A stretch of DNA of 64,000 bases from the human T2T-CHM13v2.0 reference genome, Homo sapiens, in the NCBI RefSeq assembly GCF_009914755.1, contig NC_060925.1; one strand, written 5' to 3'. Position numbers and translations under genes: made by a program. Below the pieces are notes generated by a model. It did not search any database. It saw only the letters and a program-made list of their open reading frames with translations, and was not told the DNA's origin. Of this stretch, positions 1 through 13,390 are shown piece after piece. Position 1 is the first letter of the stretch; each line of letters starts with the position of its first letter.

Positions 1-1119
1 ATCCCTCTGATCAGTAGGTCTTGGAATAAATCTTCAGGTAGGTTATTGGTTTCACCCAGAAATTTCTAGGGTCATTATTTGAGTTTGGTATGAGAAGTCA
101 GAAACTCAGTACTGACATTTAAATTACATTTAGAGGGCATTATCATGTCTTTAATTCCGAGGCCAATGTAAGGTTCACAGCTGGAATTGGTATAATATTG
201 GGGTATTAGTCAGTCTCTGCTTGGGGTTGACACTAGGTCAGAGAAGTGGAGGGTGAACATGAGGATGAAGGGGCTTTGTGTGGAGTTTCTGCAAAGCCAG
301 TCTTATCTTGGGTTCCAAGATTATTATTAAAGCTGGGTTGGTTTAGGGTCCTAAATGGTCTCAAGTTTGGGTGGGGTTTCAGGTCAGTATCTGTGTTTGG
401 GGGTCCTTTTATGGTGACCCAATCCCAACTCTGGAATTGAGAATCGAATTCAGAGTGCATTGGTGTTGATCTGGGAATGGGAGAGCAGTACTGGAGTTTT
501 ATGTAAGGCTTGGGGTTCAGAAGAGAGATAACTGGGGTCCATAGCAAGGTAGCTTTTGGACTTTAGGGTTCATTTAGGGACTGGGGGCTGAGCATTAGTA
601 CAGGGTTCCATTTAAGGTCCAGCGTTGGTGCTAGCGTCACTATCAAGGTTAGGGCAAGTAGAAGTAATAAAGAGATTTAGAGTCAGAATTGGTATTTGGG
701 ATCAGTATAGAGGTTCACAACAAAATTACTACTTGTGCTAATTTGGGGGCAGATTAAGGGCTTTGGACTCAATATTGGGTTTAGGGCAAGGTGTGGGCTC
801 AGTATCAGGTTCAGATCTGTATGGGGAGGAAATGGGGTCCTAGAGTGGTATTAGGTTCATGCTAGGGCTGGGAGCCACTAGAAGGATCTGGATGTAGTAT
901 CAGAGTTTGGTCTGTCTATGTTCATTATTGGGGTTCGGGTTCAATATTGAGGTTCCGGTCGGTTTCGACTTGGCGTTGGGTTGTGGCCTGTCTGGGCCTC
1001 AGCGGCTCCGCGGCTCTACGAGCGAGAGTGCACGAGGGGAGGGGCGCCGCCGGGGGCGCGCACGGCAGGGGCAGGGGCGCGGGCGCGAGCGCGAGGGGAG
1101 CGCGCGGCTGGAGCTGGCG

Positions 1120-1334
1120 CGGGAGCGGCGGGAGCGGTGGCGGCGGCAGAGGCGGCGGCTCCAGCTTCGGCTCCGGCTCGGGCTCGGGCTCCGGCTCCGG
1201 CTCCGGCTCCGGCTCCAGCTCGGGTGGCGGTGGCGGGAGCGGGACCAGGTGGAGGCGGCGGCGGCAGAGGAGTGGGAGCAGCGGCCCTAGCGGCTTGCGG
1301 GGGGACATGCGGACCGACGGCCCCTGGATAGGCG
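1120..1334 (+). other. PTPRF: PTPRF exon 1 (5' UTR); start approximate
   Basis: Ends at donor GCG|GTGAGT (GT 1335-1336). Sequence matches my recollection of the LAR cDNA leader. Confidence 0.88.
1157..1222 (+). repeat. (GGCTCC)n hexamer microsatellite in the 5' UTR, 11 units
   Basis: GGCTCC AGCTTC GGCTCC GGCTCG GGCTCG (GGCTCC)5 AGCTCG. Confidence 0.95.
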
Positions 1335-4300
1335 GTGAGTGACCCCCCGGCCCCCCACCAGCCCCCTCCGCTCCCGTCCCTTCCCCGCTCTCCTTGCCCT
1401 CCCCGCTAGTCCACCCGGCGGAGCTGGGGGCGGTCCCGGGGGGGACGAGGGCGCCGCTGAGGCCGGGCCGCGCCCCCACCTGCCGCGCCCGCAGCCTCGG
1501 CGAAGCCCCCCCTCCACGCCCCAGCCTGGCGGCTCCTCCCCGCTCACCCCGCGGCAGACGCGCCCCCAGCGCTGCTGGCTGGCTCGCTCCCCGCCGCCCC
1601 TCGCCGCCTCCCTCCCTCTCCACCGCACCTTAGCCGCAGCCCGCCCCCCCCACCCAGCGCAAAGTTTCCCGTTTGCGTTCTTGCTCCCCCTCATCGGTCC
1701 CGCCTCGTCCCCCCTTCTAGCGCGGACGCGCTCCGGGGGCGGCCCTCAGACCCCCCAGCCCCGGGCTCCGGGCGGGTCCAGGCCGCGCCCCCGCCCCCGC
1801 CGCACAGGCGCCCCCTCCCAGCCGGCGGGGGATCCGCAGCCGGCGCGCCCGGGTCTCGCTCGCGGCCCCGGCGCACGTGCGGTCCCGGGCTGCGCCGGGC
1901 GCGAGTTTGAAGCCCCCCCACCCCCTTCGTTCGCGAGCACGGGATGGGGAGGGGCCGAACGGGCTGTACCCGCCCCCAACCGGGTGCAACGCCCTGGAGG
2001 CCCTGGAGCGACCTGTCCCGTGAGGACGTGGCCACTCGGACCCTCTCCGAAAGTTCACTCAGTGGCCGCCCCGCGTCCCGTCCCGTCCCGTCCCGGCTCC
2101 CCATCGCCGTGCCGGCGTCTCTGTCTCGGCTGCTTTCTGTTTTCCTCGGCGTCTCTGCCTCCCCGTGTCAGTGCCTCCCAATCTCACGCCCCTGCAATCC
2201 CAGGGTCTCTCCAGCTGTCTCCATTCTTTTTCCCCAGGTCACTCTGTTCTTTCTCCCCAGGTCTCTCGATTCTGTCTCCCTGGGTCGTCTTGTTCCCTGT
2301 CCCTGAGTCTGTTCTCTCCGCTTGGGTCTCTCTATTTCCTCTCCCTGGGTCTCTGTCTCCCTCCTTAAGTCTCTGCCTCTTGTCTCTCACCCATCTCTTG
2401 GTGTCTCTGCACTCTCTGTGCTAGGCGCCCCCCCATTTCCCTGGAATGCTGCCCCTCTGGTTCTTCCACCCCGGAGGGGGAGGGGCTAGACTTTCTCCCC
2501 ATTTCAAGCCCCCCTGCCCCCCAGTGCACGGCCCCTGAGTTGGAGCAGGTTGGGGGTGGGGAGCGCTACCTGCCTGAGCTGTGAAATGGGAGAGGGAGGC
2601 TGCCCCAGCCTGGGGGTTGTCTGGATCTCCCTGAGGGGCCACAGGGCAGGGCCGGGAGGCTGGATTAGGTTGAGGAAGGCTCCACTTTTGAAGGAACAGG
2701 GGCAGGGATCCAGAGCGATCTGGTGTCGGATCTGGCCTGAGAAGCAGGGAAGTGCACTGGGGTGAGAGGCGTAGAAAAGGATGTGGGGTGGTGGTTCCAG
2801 GCGGGTGCTCATGGGGAGGAATCTGCTGAGAAGGGAAGATCTGGTGGGGAATCCTTTGGGAGGCTTCGGGGATCTGAGGGATCCAGAAGAGAGTTCTGAC
2901 AGGCTATCTAAGGAAATTTCTGTGCTTAGCTCCTTATTAACTCTTGCTTCAGGGAGCATGAAAATCCCTGTTTTTTACTGATTATATGAATGAGCCTAGG
3001 GCTTCAAGAAGGAGCAGGTGTAACTCCCCAAGTACAACCCCCTACATTCTCAGCCCCAGGCACAGGCCACACTTTCTCGTACCCTCTTGCCTTCATTTCC
3101 ACACTCAGCTCACCCCCTCCACCCCCACACACACTCCCTATTCAGCTGCTTTCTTGCCCCCTCTCGCATACCTGGGCCCGCATGCCGGCCAGGGCTCAAG
3201 AAATCTGTGCCTGCACACTCTCGCAGCATACCTGTGCACATGCACAGTCATCCTTGTGTATTTTTGTATATGCACTTTCTTGCACATTTTACTTGCTCAG
3301 TCTCTTATTTGAAATGTCTTTATAGTGTTTTTTTTAGTTTCCTTTATAGTTTCCTTTTCCAGCTGCTCTTCCTCTTCCCTCTTTCTTTCCTTTAACAAGA
3401 AAATTGTTTTAACATAATTCCTTCCTTCCTTCCTCCCTTTCTTCCTTCTTCTTGCAACTACTGATACCTCCCCTTTATCCAGCTTTGTGTGCCCTGGGCG
3501 GGTTGGCTTGGTGTACAAGGCTGCCAAGAGAGGAGGGGGTGGTTGGGTGTTGGTGAAGGAATTTGGCGGGGCAGAGTTAGACTGCAGCAAACGGAAACTA
3601 GCTACACATCTTTTACTGGGAAGTGTATGGATACGCAGCAAAATACTAGCCCTGGCAGTTTGGGCACAGTCCACCCTTTTTTCCATCAGCCTGAACTATG
3701 GGAGTCTAGCTTTGAGGGTCCTCCCTGGGGGCGGGGAGGAGGGGACCCAGACCTCCTGCAGTAGAGGGGTTGTGATACACACCACGGCTCCTCCACTTTC
3801 CAGCTTCAGGCCTCAAAGAGGCCCCTTTCTCCCTGAGTCTCAATTTCACTCCCTGTAAAATGGGGTAGCTAATCCAACCCGGACTGGGTCCCAGGGCTGT
3901 TGTAAGAATCCAAGGGAACTGTGTGGCAGTGCATCGTCAGCAGTGGCAGTCACTTCCCTTGTGACTGACACTGCTGTGTGCTTGGTTCCAGCTTGCAGTC
4001 AGGGCCCTACCCTCGAGAAGCTCGTGGTCCTTGGGGGAGCAGGTTGCACCATGGGATTGCAAAAGCAATTCAGTTACCTGTCATTGATTGCTGACTGTGT
4101 GCCAGACCCCGGGGTAGGCGCTTTCGGCCCCGGCTGCCTTTCTTCCTTTGGGACTAACAGCTATGTAGAAGAGGCAGCCCACCCCTAAGGTTCAGGCATC
4201 TGCTCAACTAAAGCAGCTGCGGTTCTGAGTTGGGTTAGAACATTGCAAGAGTTCATCAAGAGACGGGGGAGAGTTCGGAGGTCAGGGTGAGGTGAGTCCC

Positions 4301-5039
4301 AGAGGAGACCAAGAAGAAGTGATGTGAACTAGGTTTGGAGGGATGAGTAGGAGTTTGAAGAAGAGAGAAAGGACTTGAGATAGATAAAAACCAGTATGAA
4401 TAAAGACTGGGAGGTGTTGTCACTTGTGAAGTATTCAGAGATGTGGCAGATCACAGAGGGCATTGAATGCCCTGTTAAGTACCTGTAATTTTACTCTGAG
4501 AACCCAGAGAGAAAACACCAAAGGTTTAAAGCTTGGATAGGGAGGGTGGAGTGTGCTGTGGTCAGGTTTATGTTTCCAGAAAATGCTCTGTGGCTATGGG
4601 AAAAGGATGGAGACAGGATGCCCAGTGGGGCAAGAGGGTGCAGGTAAGTAAGGTGAGAGAAGATGCTGGCTTTGATAGGTGGTAGCATGGTGCCATCTTG
4701 AAGGTACACTTGTCAGGACAGAATGATTTATTGGATGTGGGAGTGAAGGAGAGGAAGAGGAAGGAGTCCAGGTTCCTCGGAGTGGTTGAGCGGGCCTTCA
4801 CTGAAGGCCCTGAAGCTTCACTGTGTTAGGGACTTGGTGAGGAGGGGCAGAGAATAAGCTCTTAGTTGGACATGTGGCCCTTGAGGTACTTGGGACATTG
4901 GAGGCTCAGTGGGGGAGGCACATCAAGGAGGGGCTTTGGTGTGAGGGTATGGGAGAGAAATGTCGGTCGGACCAAGAGAAGCGAGAGCTGTATGAGAGAC
5001 CATAGAGCTGTGCACCTCGAGAGAAAGTAACCTCCGACA

Positions 5040-5250
5040 GTGGTGAAGAGCTCGAGTTTTATACTGCTAGGATTGGACTCTGTTTACTAGCAGCGTGACT
5101 TTAAGCAAGTGGCTTAACCTCTCTGAATCCGCTTCCTCATTTGTCAAATGATTATAATAAAAACCCGTGCCTTATAAGGGTTGTTATGAGGATTAAAGAT
5201 AGTATGCATAAAGTGTGTGTAGCACAGGGCTTGGCATCTAGTGAGTACTG
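5040..5250 (+). mobile_element. MIR SINE
   Basis: Core gtgactttaagcaagtggcttaacctctctg...cttcctcatttgtcaaatg...gttgttatgaggattaaa. Confidence 0.8.
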
Positions 5251-5895
5251 TTGTCTGTGTTTGCAGTTACTGTAATCATCCTCAACTGGGATGGTGTAAA
5301 CCCACCCTCCCATCAGGGGTCACATGAGGTTGCCTTTAATGAGAAGATAGACTGCTAAGGTTAGGGTCCCTGTCTGCCTAAGGTTGCTGCAATTCTGAGC
5401 TGAGATTAGCAGGTCAAGGAGCTCAACAAAGGGGGTGCCTGCCCCTATTGTTATCGATGGGATTGTTTGTGTTGCTCAGGTGTTTGACCTTCAGGTGGGT
5501 GGGCTTGAGAAGACTAGAGGTGAGGCCTGCAGAAGAGACTCCATGTTTGGGGTAGGTGGAAGGGAATTTTGAGAAGGGGCAGCCTTGGGGTATTGAGTTC
5601 TCCATTTCCTCCCACCCTCCCTGGGCCCTGGGCTTCTACTGAGGCTCTTTCTGCCACCATCTGCCTCTGTGGTCCAGATGCACCATGTCTCTGTGTGACC
5701 GTGACTTCTAGGTCTGAGAACTCTGGTTTTAGCTCCTTAGCAGTATTTTAGCTGCTGTTTCTGGGGACTGTTCCTGGTGCAGCCACAGGGGCATTCTGGG
5801 GGTTGCTCCAGAGGGCAGCTGTGCCTGCATTCCCCTAGGTATCATCGACTTGCTCCTGACCCACTGCCGGGCCAGGTTTCAGGCCTGGCAGATGA

Positions 5896-6311
<416 letters not shown>

Positions 6312-7669
6312 AGCAGTGTGATTTCTAACTTGGGTCCTGAACCATTCAGGCCCTTTCTGAGTAGCTTTCTAGTCAACCTTCCAGATGTCAGCTCTGGCTC
6401 TGTTCTGGGGGTGTATCTGGTTGTCCTGGTTGTTCTGGGCTCTGTCCCAGTGTGAGTGTAGAGTGGGTTCTGGGAGCTGCAGTTGGTGAATCTGAGTCTT
6501 TATTTGGTTGCCTGATAGGTTGTTTTGAGGTCAGTTTGATCCCAGACTGACGTGGTTCAAAGTTACTGTTTGGCTTTTCTAGGATCCTGCCCTCATGCTG
6601 TTCTGTGTGCCTCAGGGTCTTTGCAAATGTTTAGTCTTCTAAAATGGCCCCTGGCCACTTTGGGTACACACCTCTTTCCAGGTGTGGCTTCTGCTCCATG
6701 TAGGGCCTGTCTCAGTCTCCAAGCACGAGACCCTGCTGTGGCTGGGTGTGGCAGCAGCGCCTGGCCAGCTTGGGGGGCCTTTCCCATTACCCAGTTCCCT
6801 GCCTTGGACTCTGCCCCTCTGCCCAGGGTCTCTGCACAATGGTGCAGCCAAAAACCTCACTTGAATACTGTGAGGCCCTGCGGGCATCTCTAGACAAATG
6901 GGCCTTTAAGTTTGGGGCCTGGAAGCTGGTTTGTCTGGCCAGACCTGCTGGGCAGCCTGTATGCTGGGAGCAGCAGCTGCTGGAAACTCAGCTTGGGGAG
7001 CGGGGAGGGAAGCATGCAGAGAGGGCTGCGGGTTCTGGTGCAGGTAGGTGGGGCAGTGGAGGCTGGGTCGCCAAGCTGGCGAGGGCCATCTTGGGTCAGT
7101 TGGGATGGCCTTCAGTCGGTGAGAGTACCCCCATATTGGCAGAGGTGGTTAGTGCAACTTGAGGGTAATTCCCAGGTGCAGAGGTGTGTCCTTGATTTCA
7201 TGATGAGGGTCAGTCTTGGGCCGGTGAGGACATTCCCACGCACCACCCTCCCACTGTGGTTTCTTTGTGTCCGTTATAGGAGGAGCCAAGGTGGCAGAGT
7301 GGTGTGGGGTGGGGATCACTGTGCATGTGGGGGCTTGAGGTGAGAAGCCTGCTGCAAGGTGCAGCTTGCGTCGAGTAGGCCAAACAGCTGAGCTTCCGTG
7401 AAGTGGTGATGAGGTGGTATGGGTGTGTCTGACCCCCACCCCCACCCAGGATGGTACCCACGCTGGTGGGGACTCAATAATGGCTCTAGAAGGAAGGGGC
7501 TGGGCTCTGTCGCTGCATGTGTGCCAGCGGAGGAGGCATCCAGGGGCACGCCTTCATTTTAAAAATTATAGAGTAGAGAAAGTCAAAAATAAATATTGCT
7601 TCTGAAGCTTCTTTGAAGACTGGCATGTATGTTGGGGTGTGTTCTTCCAGGCTGGGCTGTTTTCTTTGA

Positions 7670-8080
7670 ACTCATTCATGCGTTCATCCACTCATTCAGT
7701 GTATGCTGACTGAGCACCTACTATGTGCCAGCTGTCAGCCAGGCGCTGGGGATACGGAAATGAGCTGGGCAGCCACAGTCCATGCTCCTATCAAGCTTAT
7801 GGTAGTGACTCAGTAATTGTAAAAATATATAAATAGTCATGTTTGTGGTCACGGCTCCAAGCCAAGGTCCAGGCAGGTAGTCTGGGACATTGTGGAAGGC
7901 TTCCCTGAGAAAGTGCCACTGGACTTGAGATCCGAGGGTAAGTTGGCCAGAAGAGCATGGGTAGCCTGTGCCAGGCAGTGGCATTCAGCACTGGCAAGGC
8001 TGGGAGACAGGAAGAAATTTGGCACATTTGAGGATCAGAAGAGGAAGTTCCCGTTCTGGCAGGAGGAGAGCATGGGCAGG
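7670..8080 (-). mobile_element. L2 LINE 3' fragment
   Basis: ttcattcat...tgagcacctactatgtgccag...gcgctggggatac, typical of the antisense L2 3' end. Confidence 0.7.
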
Positions 8081-8440
8081 TAGGGCTGCAGAGGTGGGAG
8101 GGGCCGACTCTGCTTGGCTCTGGGGTCATGCTGAGGAGCTGGGCCACAGAGTCTACTGCTGAGGTCAGGGACTTGGTCTGTGTGGCTCACAGCTATATGG
8201 CTGGTGCCTGGAAGGACGCCCAGCACATAGTAGGTGCTTAGGGAGTATCAAAATGAATGAGCGAGGGAGTGAAGGGAAAAGATGGGCATTTTTACCAGAT
8301 GGGGATGGTTCTACATGAACATTTCCATAACCTGCTTTTTTTTCTGCATAAACAGCAAATTTTTAATGTCTTTCTGTGTCAATACATATGCTGTTGTGAT
8401 GAAATTCTTGATGTTTTCTCATGCTTTCCTTTCTGTCCAG

Positions 8441-8520
8441 GAAGGAGTGGAGGCCCTGGTGCCCGGCCCTTGGTGCTGAGTATCCAGCAAGAGTGACCGG
8501 GGTGAAGAAGCAAAGACTCG
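8441..8520 (+). other. PTPRF: PTPRF exon 2 (5' UTR, 80 nt)
   Basis: Polypyrimidine tract and acceptor ttctgtccag|GAAG; donor TCG|GTGAGT at 8521. Confidence 0.9.
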
Positions 8521-10296
8521 GTGAGTGTGCCCCACAGAGTGGCCAGGAGCAGGGGTGCACAGGGGTCCTATGGACCAGGCTGAGCAGCTTGGATTTGATG
8601 CAGGGTCAGTGGAGAGCTATAGAGGGGGTGTCAGCAGGGGGCATGACATGATCCAGTGTGCACTGGTGAGAGATTGTGGAGGCCTGGACCAGGGAGGCAG
8701 TGACAGAAGTGGAGAGAAGGGATGTGAGTGCTATTTAGGGAGGTAGAGTAGACAGGACGTGGTGAAGGATTGAATGTGGGGCATGAAGGAGGGGAGGTGT
8801 CAAGGATGGTGCCTGAGTTTCTGGCTGGAGTGGATGATAGAGGTGGATGGGGAATGACATACAGCTCGTCAGCTACTGTAGGTGTGAAATAGGCTTCCGG
8901 GTGATGTCCTGGGACTTACACCAGGATCTTTCTTCTGCTTCTCCATTCACCACGTTTCTGTAGAAAAGACTGTTCCCATCGACTGTAGGTTGTCGTAGAA
9001 AGAGCTTGGTGCCTGCAGGATCTGGGCATGTCCTCTGCATCTCTTTGATGTCCCCTTGTTCTCCTCTCTGTCTGTTAGAAGCACAGAATGGGTGGGCTGG
9101 AGTTGCAGGGAATGAGGTTGGTAAGTTGGTTTAGAGTCAGCATCATGGGCCTTGGATGTCAGGCTAAAGACTTTAGACTTTTTCCTGAGGGCAATACAGC
9201 AGCATTGAAGGTTCTTAAGCAGAGAAGCAATATCCATGTGTTGATCTGTCCATTGCCCATCCGTTCATTCTTTCACGGAACACTGTCTGAATGCCTGCTG
9301 TGAAATAAAGTGGCAAACAAAAGTGCAGATTTGCATTTTTATGTGCTGAAAGGTGGCACTGGTCTGTGTGCGGGATGGGTTGGGAGTGATTGAAGGCAGG
9401 AAGCCCACCAAAGAGGCAGGAAGTGATGAGGTCTTACTAACACAGTGGCAGTGAGGATGGAGGCAGGTCAGATTCAAACTTATTGATGGGTTAGATGTGT
9501 GGGATGAGGACAAGGGAGCATTTAAGGAGGGTTTGCGGGCTTGGTGACTGACAACATGGTGGTGCTGTCCCCAAGACTGGACACCCTGGAGGAGGAGTGG
9601 AATTGGGGCAGATGAGTTCTGGTTGGGCCATCCTGAGCCAAGAGCTCGGTGGGTCTGTTCACCCTCTGTAAGCTCCTCGAAGGCAGAGCCTGTGACTCTC
9701 TTGTTCATCACCCTGCCCACTGAACATCTGGACGGGTGGCTGAACTAACAAGGCTGTGGAAGAGATGGGTCTGGCCTGGGTAGGGGAAGGAAATGTGTAT
9801 GTCCTGGGTGTCTCCTGGGGTCCAGACCCTACGTTTGGTGAGATGGGCACTGGGGTTATGTAGAGGGTGCAGCAAGAGGGGCTGTGTCACAGGCTGGAAA
9901 GGTCAGATGGGGAGGGTGGGTGTAGGGACACTATGTGTCCCTTTGCCTCTCCATCCTCAGATGATGGTCTGACCTAACTCGAAGTCCAGTCTTGCCAGAA
10001 TAGGTACCTGAAGGTGGAGCCCTCTGTCCTCTCGGGAGGCCACTAGCTGATGGCATGTCTGGTGGGGTGCAGATGGGGTGTGCTATAGGACCTGACTTCT
10101 GGAGGCTGGGTAGGGCTGATGTGGGGGTACAGGGGAAGATACTCTGAGATCCTGAGGCCAGGCGCCAGCAAATACAGGAGTTAAGCCAGGTTGGAGCTTC
10201 CTTGGGTACAAGGCCCAGGGTGCCCACAGGGGATTGGGTTCTGGGGCAGGGGCCAGGTCAGGCTCTAGGCTCAATTGGCAAAGGATCTTGTTGTCT

Positions 10297-10520
10297 GTGT
10301 TGGGGTTTCTCAGCCTCAGCACCATTGACATTTTGGATCAGATAACCCTTATTGTGGGGGCAGGGCTTGTTATTGTAGGGTGTCTAGCAGCATCCCTGGT
10401 TTCTTCCCCCTAGATGCCAGTAGCATCTCCCCGCTTTCCCCAGTCTCGACAATCAAAAATGTCTCCAGTCGTTGCGTAATGTCCCATGGGGGCAAAATTA
10501 CCCTGAATTGAGAACCTCTG
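10297..10520 (+). mobile_element. MER20-like hAT-Charlie DNA transposon
   Basis: gtttctcagcctcagcaccattgacattttgg...tagatgccagtagc...aaaatgtctccag...ttgagaacctctg, with inverted ends. Confidence 0.8.
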
Positions 10521-12775
10521 GTCTACAGCCTCTTGCTGCTTTCACTATACTGTACAAACCTGGAAAATTGGGGAGGGTCAGTGGGGAAGATGGATAGTGA
10601 TGGGCCACTTGAGCAGAGTTCTGAGGGGTGAGTGAGTGCTGGGGCAGGAGAAGGACATTTTTTTCCAATAGACAGAACGGCAGGTACAGAGGCTTGGAGG
10701 CACAAAGTTGGGAAACAGTAATCCAAGGGGGACCCCAGCCCCAGAGGAAGGGGCCTGGAGGCTTAGGGGTTACAGCCGCAGGAAGATACCTCTGCTGGTC
10801 CCCTTTGGTCATTTGCCTCCAGAGTTAGTCTCCTGCTGACCCTTTGCCGCCTCCAAGTCTCTGCGACACTCCTCCTAATCTCCCCCTCCACTCCTCAGTG
10901 AGATGGAGAAACTGAGAGCTGCAACAGGGTGGGACTCAGTCCAGCTGGTGGGAGCCCCGATACCAGCCGTGGGAGGGAGGGCTGTTCCTGGCTCTGCTCA
11001 CGGATTCTGGCCAACTGGCTGGAGGAGGGAAGGCGGCCTCACCCTCTTCCCCACAGGCCCCTCCTTCCCTGGGTCAGGGGTCCTGGCTGAGACTATAATT
11101 TATTCCCGTCATAATCCAGTGGTTGGTTTGGTGAGAGCTGGAAACATGTTGGTTTTCCCTTCCCAAGTATAACAAGGCCTGTTTCCGCCTCCGCGGCCGC
11201 TGCTGCAGTGCCACGCGGTGAACTGTCCAGGACATGACAAAAGGGCTCGGTTAGCTGCCCGCTGGTTAGAAGATGAACGGCTCAGAGCTCTCCCTGCCGA
11301 CAGGCTCTTCCCTTCCTGTTGCCCAAGTGCTGGCCTTTCCTCTTGGCCGTCTGCTCTGTAGGGCCCTGGATACCCCTCCTTCTGCTCATGTCCATTTCTG
11401 GGCCCCAGGGTCCTGGCCTGGGGAGGTGAGATGGGGGAGGCTACAGAAACAGGTGGTATTTGGAGACTAATTAATATTTGTGAATAATAATGCATGCCCA
11501 AGGAAAACAAATCAATCTGTGTTTGCGTATTTATGATGAGGACTCAGGAATGATCCCAGCTGTTCTCCAGCCAGGGAAGCCCCCATCACATGGTCCCTTG
11601 GGCCCCCACAGAGGCTGGCAGGGTGGTTAGGGTGGGCTGCATGGAGGTGACATGGCTTCTGTGTTTTGCAACGTGAATCTTCTGTGACGTTCATATGCGA
11701 ATGCTGTGGCTTGGTCTAGTGCCTGCTTCTTCCTTTTCCCTCAAAGCAGTGATTCCCAGGCTCTTTGGTTTCACGAACCAATACAATTTCCAAAAGTACT
11801 CAAGAGCCAGACATGGGGTTGGCAATTTTTTATTTTGCCAAGTAAAGGCATTATAAAAAAACAACTGCTATCTGCTGTCCCCATCATTTCATACAGGAAA
11901 GAACATTTTAACACCAAGGACAATATTTGAGAATAAAGGACAGTTCTTCCCAAGAAAGGGCAGTTGGCAGCTTTACACTGACGTAGCAAAGGAAAAGGAT
12001 ATATTAAAACCATTCTGAATGTGGAAAAATTGTGTCCAATTATATTCTATAATATCATACCGTATGTAATTGTGTTCCTGCCCAAGTATGTCAGCTTGGC
12101 AGAACGGATGGTCCACAGTGCAATTCAGAGACGAGCTTGAGTGCCCCAGTGCTCCGGCCTTGTTTTTATCTCGGTTGTTGAAAGCCCAGGCTCACCCAGC
12201 CATGCTGGTGAAGTGGGTGTTCTGCTGTGAACACCGTTGCATGGATTCACAAGATGCTCAACCTCGCAACCGCAGTCAGGCTAGCAGCAGCCCTGCCCCT
12301 TGTTCCTCTCCCACCTTCTCCCCACAGGTGACCCTGGGACCCTGGGACTCTGGGGGCCAAGGTCTACTCTTGAGGCCAGGCCTGGGGATCCAGGGCTGCT
12401 CTGCTCTGATGAGGGAGGCCCTGGAGCTGGGAGTGGCCTGAACCGCCTGACACCAGGGCAGGCTCTGTGCCCGGAGTCTCAGGGCGGGAGGCAGCTTGCT
12501 CTCGCCAGGAGCTGGTGAGGGAGAGGCCCTGGCTCGTACAGCTGTGTGGCTGCCAGAGTAGTTGCCTGAGAATGTGTTTGTGTGTGTCCCTTGTGTTTCC
12601 CCATCTCCCTGGGCATCTGTGTCCTTGTGTCCATCATGGACCACTGGAAGAAGCTCTCTGTTCTACTTTCTGGATCTGAACAAAGTGTCCTGAGCACCCC
12701 AACCCAGATACACAGGGGGTTTCTGGAGGCCCCACGTTGGGGGTAGGGTTACCTGAGGCCCAAGTTCTCCAACAC

Positions 12776-13390
12776 CCATGGCCAGACTCTCATCCAGGCT
12801 TGTACCACATGGGTGTCTATTCTGGGAGTTTTACCCCCATGATGGCTCTCCTGGGAGCTCTGCCCCCACCATGAAGTCTGTAACAGCACGTTACACCTCT
12901 GCTAATGTATGGGGAGTTGCACCCCTGTAATGTCCTTATCAGGCAGCTGCACTCCATGATGTCTGTACCCTCTGTGTCCGCCCACGTGATGTCTAGACCA
13001 CACCATTACACCTCCATGATGTCTGCACCTGGGCGTTATACTGCTATGATTACTGCACCAAGGCGGCTACAGGGGATTAAGCCTCTGCTCATTGTACTGG
13101 GGAGCTATATCCCATGATGACGGTGCTGTGCATTTTATTTTCATAGCAGGGAGATATGCTCATGCTGGGGGCCTATGTCCCTATGAAGCCTGCCTGGCAG
13201 GGGTTGCATGCTTGGAATGCTTGTTCCTGGAAGTTAACCTCTGTGACTATTATATTGTTATACCCGATGATGCCGGTACGAGGCCACTGTGCCCTGTCCT
13301 TTGGTGCAACACAGCTGTTGAGTTATAAACTCATGTGTCTCATTCAGGGGCTCCAGGATGGTCCATCAGGGGACCATACCCCCATGATGA
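12776..13390. repeat. Decayed tandem repeat with ~30-bp period
   Basis: CCATGATG-like anchors at 12776, 12807, 12837, 12869, 12925, 12954, 12984, 13014 and 13044. Confidence 0.65.

Larger units (their letters stand above)
950..2160. promoter_or_regulatory. PTPRF: CpG-island promoter of PTPRF
   Basis: Very high GC and CpG density, GC-box-like motifs and no obvious TATA box; surrounds exon 1. Confidence 0.9.

Noticed and set aside
343-786. Interstitial telomeric sequence
   Set aside because: The TTAGGG copies are isolated, not tandem.
925-2424. Long Pro/Gly/Arg-rich ORFs on both strands (PEPEPE, GSGSGS, RLRLRL; 232 and 361 aa)
   Set aside because: By-products of the stop-poor CpG island and the GGCTCC repeat; all frames are open and there is no domain signature.
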